64,000 nt of DNA from Takakia lepidozioides (lineage: Eukaryota; Plantae; Bryophyta), in NCBI GenBank assembly GCA_030704615.1, contig CM060731.1:49848001-49912000 (forward strand). Reading direction: 5' to 3'. The notes below the pieces were generated by a model. That model saw nothing but the letters and a program-made list of their open reading frames with translations. It was not told the origin of the DNA and searched no databases. Shown in pieces: positions 37,287-48,262 of this stretch. The number at the start of each line of letters is the position of its first letter. Within the stretch, counting starts at the first letter, position 1. Made by a program: the position numbers and the translations under genes.

Positions 37287-39275
37287 ATGGCAGGTTCAAA
37301 CCAGAAACACTGGACCACTGCTCTTGAACGAGGATTAAGAAAGGGAGTTAACACAAACTCTTCTGGAACTTTTGGGTATGTGAGGATGCTATGTAAGGCA
37401 GGACAACTGAAAGAGGCGCTCCGCATTTTGAACCAACAAGGCATTTCTGCAGACTCCAGTACTTATTTTTATCTCTTACAGGAATGCATCAAAGTCAGAG
37501 ACATAGAAATGGGAAAACAGGTGCATGCCCACATCATTCGAAGGGGATTCAAGCCAAACATCTTTCTACTCAACACCCTTGTGAACATGCATGCCAAGTG
37601 TGGGAGAGTAGCAGACGCACGCCAAGTGTTTGACAAAATGCCTGAACGAGATGTGTTTACGTGGACCACAATGATGTCAGGGTATGCAAAGCATGGGTGC
37701 AACAGGGAGGTTTTTGAAATATTTGAGCAAATGATACAGGAAGGGGTGACGCCCAACAAGATTTCGTTCACTTGCGTTCTCAGGGCATGTGCCAGCTTGG
37801 GTGCCCTCAAAGAGGGCAAGGAAGTCCATGCTGACATTGTCAGAGCTGGAATTGTGCCAGATATCATTTTGGAGACTGCCCTTGCTGACATGTATGCCAA
37901 ATGCGGGAGTGTAAAGGATGCACGTCAAGTGTTTGACCGTATGCGTCGCCAGAATGTGTTCTCAGAGACTGCCCTTGTGAATATGTACGCCAAATGTGGG
38001 AACATGGAGGATGCACGTGGTGTGTTTGACAACATGGCTCAACGAGATGTGGTCTCATGGAATGCAATGATTGGAGGCTATGCTCAGCATGGGTGTGGTA
38101 GAGAGGCTTTGGAAATCTATGGACAAATGATACAAGAAAGGGTGATACCAGACAAGGTCACGTTTGCTTGCATTCTTGATGCGTGTGCCAGCTTGGCAGC
38201 CCTGGAAAAGGGGAAGGCGGTCCATGCTGACATTAGTAAAGCCAGACTTGGGCAAAATATCATTCTAGATACCGCCCTTGTGGACATGTATGCCAAGTGT
38301 GGGAGCACGAAGGATGCACGTCGAGTGTTTGACCACATGGCTCAACGAGATGTGGTCTCATGGAGTGCAATGATAGCAGGATATGGTCAGCATGGGTGTG
38401 GTAGGGAGGCTCTCCAACTATTTGAACAAATGCAACAGGAAGGCTTGAAGCCAAATCGCATCACCTTTGTATCCCTTTTGTCTGCATGTAGCCACAGAGG
38501 CTTGGTTGATGAAGGTCATCACTACTTCAATTCCATGCGCCAAGATCATGGTCTCGAACCAACTGTCGAACATTTTGGCTGCATGGTGGATCTTCTTGGT
38601 CGTGCAGGGCAAATGGACAAGGCAGAGGATTTAATGAGAAAAATGCCAATCGAACCAGGTGCTTTAGTGTGGGGGGCCTTGCTTGGTGCCTGCCGAATTC
38701 ATGGACATGTGGAGCTAGCCGAACATGCAGCAAAAAACCTCCTCAAGTGGGACCCACATAACGATGGAGCTTATGTGCTGCTATCAAATATCTATGCTGC
38801 AGCTGGCAGGTGGGATGATCAAGCAAAGGTGAGAAAAGTGATGGATGACAGAGGGGTCAAAAAAGCGCCAGGTTGCAGCTGCATTGAGGTCGATAATCAA
38901 GTGCATTCATTTGTTGTAGCAGACAAATTGCATCCCCAAATTGAGGAAATCCATGCTGAACTCGAGCGATTGTCCCCACGGATGGAGGAGGCAGGGTATG
39001 TGCCTGACACGCACTTTGTGTTGCATGATGTGGAGGAGGAGACCAAGGAATTTTCTCTCGTCCACCACAGTGAGAAGCTTGCCATAGCATTTGGGCTCAT
39101 CCGCACACACCCTGGGACGCCTATCCGCATCACCAAGAACCTTCGGGTGTGTGGCGACTGCCACACCGCCACCAAGCTCATCTCAAAGATTGTTGGGCGA
39201 ACAATTGTTGTGAGGGATGCAAGCCGCTTTCACCACTTCCAAGATGGGGCCTGCTCCTGTGGGGATTACTGGTGA
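37287..39275 (+). CDS. PLS-E-DYW PPR copy 5 (12 repeats), 662 aa from ATG 37287
   Basis: Intact ORF with HSEKLA, CGDCH and CSCGDYW. Confidence 0.96.
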   Translation: MAGSNQKHWTTALERGLRKGVNTNSSGTFGYVRMLCKAGQLKEALRILNQQGISADSSTYFYLLQECIKVRDIEMGKQVHAHIIRRGFKPNIFLLNTLVNMHAKCGRVADARQVFDKMPERDVFTWTTMMSGYAKHGCNREVFEIFEQMIQEGVTPNKISFTCVLRACASLGALKEGKEVHADIVRAGIVPDIILETALADMYAKCGSVKDARQVFDRMRRQNVFSETALVNMYAKCGNMEDARGVFDNMAQRDVVSWNAMIGGYAQHGCGREALEIYGQMIQERVIPDKVTFACILDACASLAALEKGKAVHADISKARLGQNIILDTALVDMYAKCGSTKDARRVFDHMAQRDVVSWSAMIAGYGQHGCGREALQLFEQMQQEGLKPNRITFVSLLSACSHRGLVDEGHHYFNSMRQDHGLEPTVEHFGCMVDLLGRAGQMDKAEDLMRKMPIEPGALVWGALLGACRIHGHVELAEHAAKNLLKWDPHNDGAYVLLSNIYAAAGRWDDQAKVRKVMDDRGVKKAPGCSCIEVDNQVHSFVVADKLHPQIEEIHAELERLSPRMEEAGYVPDTHFVLHDVEEETKEFSLVHHSEKLAIAFGLIRTHPGTPIRITKNLRVCGDCHTATKLISKIVGRTIVVRDASRFHHFQDGACSCGDYW

Positions 39276-40530
39276 AACACTTTGGAACAGGATGTTCCCA
39301 GTATATATTTGAATCTAGAATATTCTTTTGTGCTCAGGTATCTAATGATTCTAGATTCCCTCTCTTCCATTGGATATAACTATTTAAATCTATATAGAAT
39401 CTTCATCTAGAGGTCAAGCATCCCTGGTGTCAAAGTGAGATGGGAGGAATGGCTTGTCATCTTTTTGCCCCAGCTACAAGCTGTACATGTACTGGCCGGT
39501 TCAAATTGTGAAGGGAAGGAGCACCTTCACATCAGAAATTTGCAGACAGAGCTTCCGGATCGGCCAGTTGTTAGTTTTATGATACCTGCCAGTTCTGGGT
39601 ACTGGATATGAATTGATATATGAATATAGCTATAGTCTGTCAGCTGTTGTTTAATGTTGTGCTAATCTTTGCACTTAGCAAGTCCTTTTTTTTTTTTTGG
39701 ATAGATGGTAGACACAATGTCTTAGGTTTAGATCAAGATTGCTTGCATCGTTCTTAGAGAAACAGACCTGAGGCCTTTCAGATCCTGTAAAGTGGACCAA
39801 GACCTCCATGCCTGTCACCCTACGGTGGTTAACTACAACTGGGGTTGAAAATTTGATGCCAGCAACTTGTAACATAGCCATGCATGGCGCTTTAGAGCAA
39901 CGGAGATCTCTACTTAAGAAAACTGTGGAGGGTATTTTACATGTTAAGGACCTCTGCTAAGGCAACTTGGCTTGGACTTCACATGATAGATATTGTTCGC
40001 GCACTCACGAAAAATACATACTAGATATCAGTAGCACCTCTTCTTTGTAGAACGTGGATAGTCAGTTTCAAACAATCAAGACCAAGGCTGAAAGCCACAA
40101 ATCCCGCAAATGAATCTACTCCCAGATCTAGATGATATCTGACTGAAAAACCAGTGCAAAAACATGTATTGATAAAAATGTCAACTTCCAATTCTGCAAA
40201 TTCTGTTAGAGGACAATGGTCCTTCATCTCTCTCATCCAACCATTAGTGTTGGGCTAGTTCAGACTGTGTATTCAAAACAATCTAATATCAATGGCCATT
40301 CTATGTACACTTTCAACTCACTCTTATACACAAATGGTCTGGCCACTTGTCAACCACAAATCACAATGAAACCTAATCTAGAGGAAGCTTTTCTTTCGGA
40401 ATTCGCTAGTTGTCAGGTCCTTGAGTATAAATCATTGTATTTCTAGATTGTCCCAGACAGAGATCATACTCCATCTATAGAGGGTCCTTGGCTGTCTTCC
40501 CTCCTCGATACCTCACAATCTTCTTCCCCA

Positions 40531-41040
40531 TCAATATTTGCTCATATCTCGAACGTTTGCACTCCCCCATACTCTCTGTGTCTTATACTTATATTTGTAT
40601 CGACTGAAGAAGTCATCTTCGCCAAGCTCCAGATGCATGTCCTTGTATTCCTTCAAGGTGTAGACATTACACTTGCGGGCGATAGTATCGGCCTTGTTCA
40701 AATCAACATGGTCCGACAACAGCAGCTCGTTCCTACCATGATGAGCCTCTCGCCCCATATAACAATCTTCTGGTCGATAATACCAACGACCTGCCACAGT
40801 TACTTCTCCAGTAAGGGAATCCTTGAATATGTCATCTATTTGAGCCACCCACAAGGGCTGACTCTCATCATCTGGAGGATACATCAACACGTTGTCTCCA
40901 ACGTTTATGACTTCACGAGTATCTTCCAGGAGGAAGTTCTCAATTGGTAAAAGCAACTTCATTTTTCCTATAAGCAAAAGCAAACGGAAGAGAAGATTTC
41001 TGATGTCCAAGCTAGGTTTGATATCACTAGCACTCGGCAA
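40531..41040 (-). CDS. BAH-domain protein resembling the EBS/SHL BAH, with no PHD finger; probable exon start 40967, in-frame ATG 40962
   Basis: INVGDNVLMYPP....PLWVAQI.......TV.GRWYYRPED...GR..HHG.NELLLSDHVD....TI.RKCNVYT.KEY.......DDFFSRY.Y. The 5' structure is unclear and possibly decayed. Confidence 0.75.
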   Translation of the reverse strand: MPSASDIKPSLDIRNLLFRLLLLIGKMKLLLPIENFLLEDTREVINVGDNVLMYPPDDESQPLWVAQIDDIFKDSLTGEVTVAGRWYYRPEDCYMGREAHHGRNELLLSDHVDLNKADTIARKCNVYTLKEYKDMHLELGEDDFFSRYKYKYKTQRVWGSANVRDMSKY

Positions 41041-42814
41041 TGGTCTCGCAAGGGTGAGAGATGACTTGCTGCTTGCAAATTACCCACTGAGAGAGAGCAA
41101 GCGCAGATTAGAATGGGATTTGAGGAGATGTTCAACAAGTTTATATGAGAGCAGCCTGTCTCTGAGGTCTCCCGAAATACTTGAGCTTCTTCCAACTTTT
41201 TGTATCTTTTTTCTAAATTTGCTCATGTCTGTTTTTGGAAAAGCTTCCAACTTTTTGCATCTTTTTTCTCATGAATTGAGTGCTTGAATTCATGTTATGT
41301 AGCTGCTCCTGCAAATGGTCACATTTAAAGGTATAACTTCTCCTTGCGCTCACGAGAGCTGCGCAAGTCACAATTGACGTCGGACCGAGCCTCCAGGCGA
41401 CGGAATTATAGATATGCAAAGATTTGCGGGATCCTGGCTGCATATTGTCATAACCATCCTAGCAAAAGCTACCTCCATCTTTAGTCGTATAAGTGCGGAT
41501 TCTGGTTCCACGGGAGTGTAATCAACATCCTCGGCCTCCAGCTCGTTGTACATACTGTAAGATGTGCAAGCTTATCATTTTCCCTTCCTTGAATGAGACA
41601 GACAGATAGGTGCTTCGTTTACATTTTCAGGGTGACAATTGCGAAATGGCTGGGGAATAGCCCATGGAAATCTCACTGCAGAATCAAGCGGTGCAAGAAT
41701 TGATAGCTCACTCCTTACTGCAGAGGGATAGTTACCAATGTTGTGACATACTGCTGTGCGCCCTCCGCTGCGATGAGTGCTCCCTCCGGAGCATCGCAGA
41801 GCAAGAATAGCCCCTGACACGGAGGGAATGATGAAGGCCAGAGAAAGATCGACTCGTTCTCTGCGGCCGAGGCTATGACGTTGAGGGCATAATGCCCAGA
41901 TATTATCGACTAGTCATCCCGGAGTTTAAGAGAGATTTTGGGTGTCAAGAGAAAAAGATGACTGGAAAGTACTGAGGGCAGCAGCTGCACTCTAATTATC
42001 TCGGAGTCTGATTCGAAAACTAGACACCTATTATCCAAACCTATCCATCATACTTGCATATTCTTTCTCTTTCGCCTGTTGTCTTAAATTTACCCGGTTT
42101 GATCAGTTGTGAATCACTTGCACAGGACCTTCAGAAACAAAGAAATTCAGTGTCAATCACTATACAGTATTCTAACATGGGCAGTCTGAGGTGGAAACAG
42201 TTTGGGTCGGAGAGAGAAGGTCAACTTGGGATGCCTTAGAAGCGATCAACAAACTGGAGGTAAAGAAACTGGAGGTAAAGCCCCAGACCGAAATTTTTCT
42301 TAAAACCTGATCTCGTTCTTTTCTAGATTGCACAGGCATAAACAGCTGACCTCATTTGATCAGGTTCAGCTGGTGTAGTGCCTCTTTGTAGACCGGGAAG
42401 ATGAAATTCCGCCAAAAAGCAGGTTTCACTTTCTGTTGTTCAAACTGTTTGCTAGAGCTGCCACATTATCACTTAGAGCCTCTTCTCCATGACATGTATT
42501 GGGCATAGCTGTGCCCTTCAATCAGCTCCACAAGGAAGCAGTGACAGCAAGGGATGACAATCCACAACGGTCAAATTCTTTGCAGGGAAAGCCTTAATTT
42601 CCCCAGGTTGTTCAAAAACATAAGGAATCTCGCGCAGCAGATCTAGCCTTGTATCTATCATCGTGGGCTTAATTCTTGGGTATGTACACTTTACCACCAT
42701 AAACTATCAAGATTGAAGTGGGAGGTCTCAGCATCGCCCTGCGCCTTAGTTTACATTGTAAAATTTTGGCCATGCGTGCATGTTATCATGATGTCGCAAT
42801 GGCTGTAGCTGGCG

Positions 42815-44818
42815 TCAAGAAGTTTTGAGTACAGGGGCAGCATCAGCTTCTGTTATAATTTCTTTCTGGAGAACTTGTTCTCCTAGGTCTGGAACATCGA
42901 CCTTGACATGTGCTTGTTTCAACTTTCCATCGATTTCGTCCTTGTAGAACTGTCTTGTTCTGACCGCGAGAACAACGGAGATTATGAAACCCACCACGGT
43001 AACAGCCACCATGAGAAAAAAGGTGAGGCGAAAACATGTAGGTCCATGGCATAAAAGAGCCTTTGAAGCTGGGGACCGTGCTGGGCTTGCCAAGAGCAAT
43101 CTCTTTCCACCCAAATGGAGTGGGGCAGCGTTAATCACGTGTCTGGCTTGTTTCTTGGCTTCTCGATCATAGAGGTATCCTGCAATTTTCACTGACAGAA
43201 CATAATTTCCAACCGGACTCGCAAATGCTATGGTGTTGAAGAGGGTCGCAAAGAATCGCATCCCAAAAATGTCAGCAGTGATTGTTGTATACAGTGGCGT
43301 CTGGCCCCCAAAACAGAGGCCTATCAAAATGGAGCCAACGTAGAGGCACCCAGGCACGTTGCACGCAATAAGCAAATGTCCAACAGACATAATTGCTAAT
43401 GTGGCCGCTAGTAATGTCGGTCTTGGAGTGCCTCTTCTTTGGAGCAAAATCTCTGAGAGAAAGCCTGCTAGCCAGCGACCCAGAGAGTTCCAAATGCTGA
43501 CGAGAGACACAAAGGTACTTACTTTGATGGTCGAATACCCAAGAGATGCCCCTATTTGACCCAGATTGTCAATCGCTGTCAAGCCTGACCCTATTCCACA
43601 CGTTGTTGCCAAGAAGAGAAGCCAGAAATCTACACTAGAGTATGCCTGCAAAAGTGTGTGGTCCTCTCCTCTGTTTGGCCTTGAAATCTTTCCTCTTTGA
43701 CTCTTTTTCTGATCCGTGGAGGTATGCTGCTGTCCCCCACCATGTCGGACACAGCCTGCACAATTCCCCAAGAGCTGCTTGATTTTCTCCAGTTGCCCCA
43801 GGAATGTACTACCTGTTTTAATAGCAAATGACTGATCAGGCTGGGTTTGCAGTCCTGCACAAGCCTCCGTGTCTGGCTCTATTGCACTAGTCCTGACAAT
43901 TTCCATCTCTGGGTTCTCTCTTACAGCTTTATTTTCACCTAGCAGAGATTGTGTTTTTGGGGTCAGTGTTTCGAAGTCACTGGCTTTTCCAAAAAGCTCC
44001 GAACGCACAACTACCCACATCAAGGGCAAAAGCAAGAGAATGAGCATGACGGACCCTACAGCCCTTTGGGAAACTAAGCTCAATGTCACCAAATTCTCCG
44101 CGACAATGACACCCATCAGATAAGCAGCCACGGCTACACCGACGGCTAAAAACCAGTAGAAGCTTTTGATGTCGGGTTGGCCGACAAAAGGACTCAAGGG
44201 GCGCATAAGGACGACTGCGGATGCCAGAGACACTCCTGTGGGGAGCCAAGAGAGTAGAAGCAGAAAGGAGCTGGGATGCTTTGGACCATAGATGGCAAAG
44301 TAGAGCTGGGTGAGCATGGCGCCACTTAAGCCCACAAATCCCTTCAACAGTCCTATCACAATTCCCCTGTTTGTGGGGAAGAGCTTCACACACTGCGCAA
44401 TCACAGCAGCGTTCAGGAATGCCGTAGAATTTGCACCTATTGCAATGTACAGACACATTTGCCATAGAGGGGGCTGTGGGATCCGACCACTCACAGCTAA
44501 CCAGGTCATCAAGTATCCAAACAGCACCTCCCCCGCCCCAATGAGAAGCACTGCCAATGGTGACCACAGATCGAAGATGAGTCCTGCCAGCAGTCCAACA
44601 TTGGTCCCCAAGTCCTTGAAGAAGCCAATGGTGTCAAGCGTTTGCTGGTTGTATCCCATAGCAGTCTTCATCTCCTGGGAGTAGACTCCAAAGCTGTAAG
44701 ACCCCCCACTGGTTGAGAGTACAAGGAATCCCACCGCTAGCACAAACCACCGCCCTCTCACTAATCTTTTCAACACTTCCATCTTTCTGCCAACTCCCCT
44801 GTTAGTTTCCAGGGCCAT
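42815..44818 (-). CDS. Nodulin-like / NFD4-like MFS membrane transporter, about 667 aa
   Basis: GRWF..., YSFGVYS..MK..MGYNQQTL, FPTNRGIVIGLLKGFVGLSGA, GEDHTLLQA..SVDFWLLF...CGIGSGLTAIDNLGQIG, LYDREA and C.GP.CFRLTF, plus many hydrophobic helices. Confidence 0.92.
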   Translation of the reverse strand: MALETNRGVGRKMEVLKRLVRGRWFVLAVGFLVLSTSGGSYSFGVYSQEMKTAMGYNQQTLDTIGFFKDLGTNVGLLAGLIFDLWSPLAVLLIGAGEVLFGYLMTWLAVSGRIPQPPLWQMCLYIAIGANSTAFLNAAVIAQCVKLFPTNRGIVIGLLKGFVGLSGAMLTQLYFAIYGPKHPSSFLLLLSWLPTGVSLASAVVLMRPLSPFVGQPDIKSFYWFLAVGVAVAAYLMGVIVAENLVTLSLVSQRAVGSVMLILLLLPLMWVVVRSELFGKASDFETLTPKTQSLLGENKAVRENPEMEIVRTSAIEPDTEACAGLQTQPDQSFAIKTGSTFLGQLEKIKQLLGNCAGCVRHGGGQQHTSTDQKKSQRGKISRPNRGEDHTLLQAYSSVDFWLLFLATTCGIGSGLTAIDNLGQIGASLGYSTIKVSTFVSLVSIWNSLGRWLAGFLSEILLQRRGTPRPTLLAATLAIMSVGHLLIACNVPGCLYVGSILIGLCFGGQTPLYTTITADIFGMRFFATLFNTIAFASPVGNYVLSVKIAGYLYDREAKKQARHVINAAPLHLGGKRLLLASPARSPASKALLCHGPTCFRLTFFLMVAVTVVGFIISVVLAVRTRQFYKDEIDGKLKQAHVKVDVPDLGEQVLQKEIITEADAAPVLKTS

Positions 44819-44986
44819 TGTGTTTCTGTGTTCAACGGACTTGTGAGAGAGAGAGAGAGAGCTCGAGGGAAGTGCGAGAAACAGCAGTGCTTGTGTTTGT
44901 GAAGGATGCACTGCAGTGCCTCGCTTGTCATACTTGTCACGTGGAGACTGTCACAAGTTAACCTGTCCTCTGGTAGCTATTTAACC

Positions 44987-45110
44987 AGTTATCAGTCATT
45001 TCCCACTTATTGATTAGGAAACTGTAACTAGTTATCAGTCATTGCCCACTTATCGATCAGGGAACTGTAAGCAGTTAAGTTATCAGTCATTGCACAGTAA
45101 CTTAGAAAAC
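44987..45110. repeat. About 42-bp imperfect tandem repeat (AGTTATCAGTCATT.CCCACTTAT.GAT.AGG.AACTGTAA), 2-3 copies, just upstream of the MFS gene
   Basis: AGTTATCAGTCATT occurs at about 44987, 45030 and 45078. Confidence 0.7.
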
Positions 45111-45509
45111 TGTGAGCAAGGCAGGTCAGTAGCAACCAGTTCTCATTCATTGGCCAGTTAAGTTATCTATCATGTTATCTATTAAGAGAAATTTTATAAG
45201 AAAATTATTTTAAAAAATTGTTATTTATACCATATGATAGAAATCTGCCTAACCTATAGAATCCAAAAAATAAAATAATTAATTAAATATTGAATTTAAT
45301 TTAAATGATTCTCCAGGACTACGCCCACCCAACGAGTTTAAGGCAAGCGTGCGACGGAGTGGCCAGAGGGCTTGCCGGGCTTCCCGTTCCTGTCCTACAC
45401 TTTGAAAGGGAAGGGGAGCATAGGAGCAGGACCACCAAGGAGAGCGATCTTGGACTTGGAATTATTTTGGAGATGAAAAAACCCAAGAAATGTAATCATC
45501 GAATGAGTC

Positions 45510-47123
45510 AACTATGTACCCCAATTCATTTGGCCAGTTTGGGAAGGTCAGGCAACCCGACATTGTGGAAGAGGGGAGAACAGAGTGGAAAATGCTAATT
45601 TGTGAGCCGTTAACGTGAGCGAAAAATTCCGTGAAGCCAATCAGTGGGGCCGCGGCAGGCTTGGAGAGGAGGGAAATGGATCAACAGGGTGCAGGCACTT
45701 GTACGCCTAGGAGGGTCAATGGGAGGTAGACAGCGGTACGGTATTTTTCAATACTGCATGGGATGGGCCGGTGGGTTCAACAATTGAACCCGACCCAATT
45801 ATTCATGCTACCACCGCTATCACATATACAATCCAATCTTTTAATCTTTTATACGGCCTGCAGACAGGGAGGGTAGAAGGACAGGGGTGTGCATTTGACA
45901 GCGGTCCCGCCACATGCGTTTCCCATAGACTCTGGGAGCGTACACATAAAGCGTCCCATGCTTGCCTTAACCCTTAAAGGACCAGCCAACTTTTTCGACT
46001 TTTGAAAGAAAACAGTCCATACCTTGACTAAGAGCATGACCAGCAGTAGGGCGGTAAACACCAACGGCATTATACTAGCCCATTTTTGGCCCGGAGCCCA
46101 TATACTAGTGTGGCAGCTGGTGTGAAGGCCAGCAGCATGGCAGCCTCCCACGGCAAAACCCCCCCTCCCGCTGGGCGCACGGCTGAGATGCGTCCCAAGC
46201 TGAGATGGTTAGGTTGACTTGTGGGCCCTGCCACCTATCGCACCACCTGTCAATACATGTGAGCGAGAATGCCCGGATAAGTCGTTGGAGTGGGGGGGGG
46301 GTTGGGGAGATGGCAACGGAATTCTAGATGCTGTGCTTGAAGTGCGGATTTGCAAGACGGCAGCACTACAAGGAGTGGGGTGGTGCTGCTGGGGACGCGG
46401 GGAGAGCCCCCAAACCACCAGGGCATTTTGGAGTTGGCGCGTCTGAAATGGCCGCTGCTGGCCATTGTCTAAACTAGCTATATCCTCTATCCCCATCCAT
46501 CCACTTGGATGAGCCTTACAACCTCATCCCTAGTGACGACATGAACACCATCACGAAATTGGGCAGGTTTGACCGGTGCAAATGGGAGATTAGAAATGAC
46601 AAAAATTGGAACCCAAATAAAAATTACATGACAAAAAATGGTTTGACCATGGAAATTTCCCAATATCTCTATTTCTCTGATTAGGGGCACATAGTGTCCT
46701 CTGAGATTTCAGAGTGAAAGACCTAAAATTTATGAGGGTGCTTTGTATATGAATTTGGAGGAGTAATTGTTGTTATTGTTGTTGTTGCATAGTAATAGAT
46801 TTTTGAATTAGATGATGGTTCAGGTTCCAAATTTTTATTTTCTAAGCGGTCCCTGCTTGCAGAGCCCACCAGAGGCAGAAGGAACCTAATAAAATGTATA
46901 TCCCTTACCTTCCTTATATAGTCTTTGGAGGCGGTGGTGGAGCCTTCTAGAAGTGAGAAGATGGAAAGCTCTAGAAGTGAGAAGGAGGGCGTACAGGTGT
47001 CTGCACCCTGTCGAGCCATTTCCCTCCTCTCCAAGCCTCCTGCGCCCCGCGCTATTCGCTCTTCCCACAGTGTCGGGTTGCCTGACCTTCCCAAACTGGG
47101 CAAATGAGTTGGGGGTACATAGT
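45510..47123. mobile_element. Inverted repeat pair (45510-45708 and 46988-47123) bounding about 1.6 kb; possible non-autonomous long-TIR DNA element
   Basis: CCAGTTTGGGAAGGTCAGGCAACCCGACA and AGGCTTGGAGAGGAGGGAAATGG occur in opposite orientations. No TSD was found. Confidence 0.5.
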
Positions 47124-47537
47124 CCCCAATTTGCTGTAGTGAAGAAAGGCTCCTAAAATGCTTGGAATCCAAATTCCTATGATCAGTCTATGCTTTGCTC
47201 CAATGTAAAAGTACACTGCCAAAAAAATTCTGATTCATACCATATTTCTATAGGTTGGATGGGCATTTTCTGAAAACGCCTTCCGGCCTGCCATGTGGGC
47301 GGTTGACCTGCATGGACACCCCTTGTGAGGGCTGCCATGTGGGTGGTCAACATGCTTGGACACCACTTAAATTCGGTACCAGGTGACACTAAAAAAAAAA
47401 TCCGACCCTTGCCGTTTGTTGGAGCATGACAACAGCTCCTACATTTTTCACTCCGACAACATGTTCATCTGACTTCATCCACAGAAGTTACAATGTGGAT
47501 GAAAAATGCATCATCGTTTAGGGGTTAAACTAGCATA

Positions 47538-47541
<4 letters not shown>

Positions 47542-47570
<29 letters not shown>
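47542..47570. repeat. (TA)n microsatellite
   Basis: Read directly from the sequence. Confidence 0.9.
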
Positions 47571-47573
<3 letters not shown>

Positions 47574-48194
47574 GCCTCCGAAGGGAGCATAGGAGCATAC
47601 CGCATAGTATGTTGTATGCTCCTATGTACATGCCATCATTAATCCTTTTCTTTTCTTTTCTTTTTTTTAACAGAACAGGGGGATTGTATTTGGTATGGAG
47701 TGGAGCCTCGCTTCTCTGCCTTATGGCTTCTGTAAGGTTATGTTTTCCTTACCCCTCATAAATTGCTTAAGCAATAAATTTGGGTTCCTCCCGCGCCTAC
47801 TATTGGTGTGTTTGCTTTATGGCCCTCGGGATTTTACTTTCTCCCGCGATCAATAAAAGTTCTCCATCACAGTTAGCCGTGTGTTTAGGCCTTATGGCAG
47901 CCTACGGGCCTATAAGCGTTTTAACTTTCCCTCCAATAATTCAAATAAATAAAGCATTACTGGGCTTCCTCCTCTGTCACAAAAAAAATTAAACAAAAAT
48001 CTGGCTTCTACTTGTATATGTATCTCTATGTTTTTATTTTATTATTTTAAGAGAAACACTTGCAAGTGAATACTCAGAAATCAGGCTTAATTATATGAGA
48101 GGATCTAAAATAACGTCTTTCAAAATAACGATGGCATGAGGCACATTGGACACAGCATGAGGGAAGGAGGTGAAGATTATACCACACCCAACAA

Positions 48195-48262
48195 GGTGAT
48201 AGGATTTGAACCCACATAAGACATGGGTGGCACACACAGTGCTCTGTCCGACTGAGCTATCA
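48195..48262 (-). mobile_element. tRNA-derived (SINE-head-like) remnant
   Basis: The minus strand has A-box TAGCTCAGTCGG.CAGAGC and B-box GGTTCAAATCC, but no convincing anticodon arm. Confidence 0.4.
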
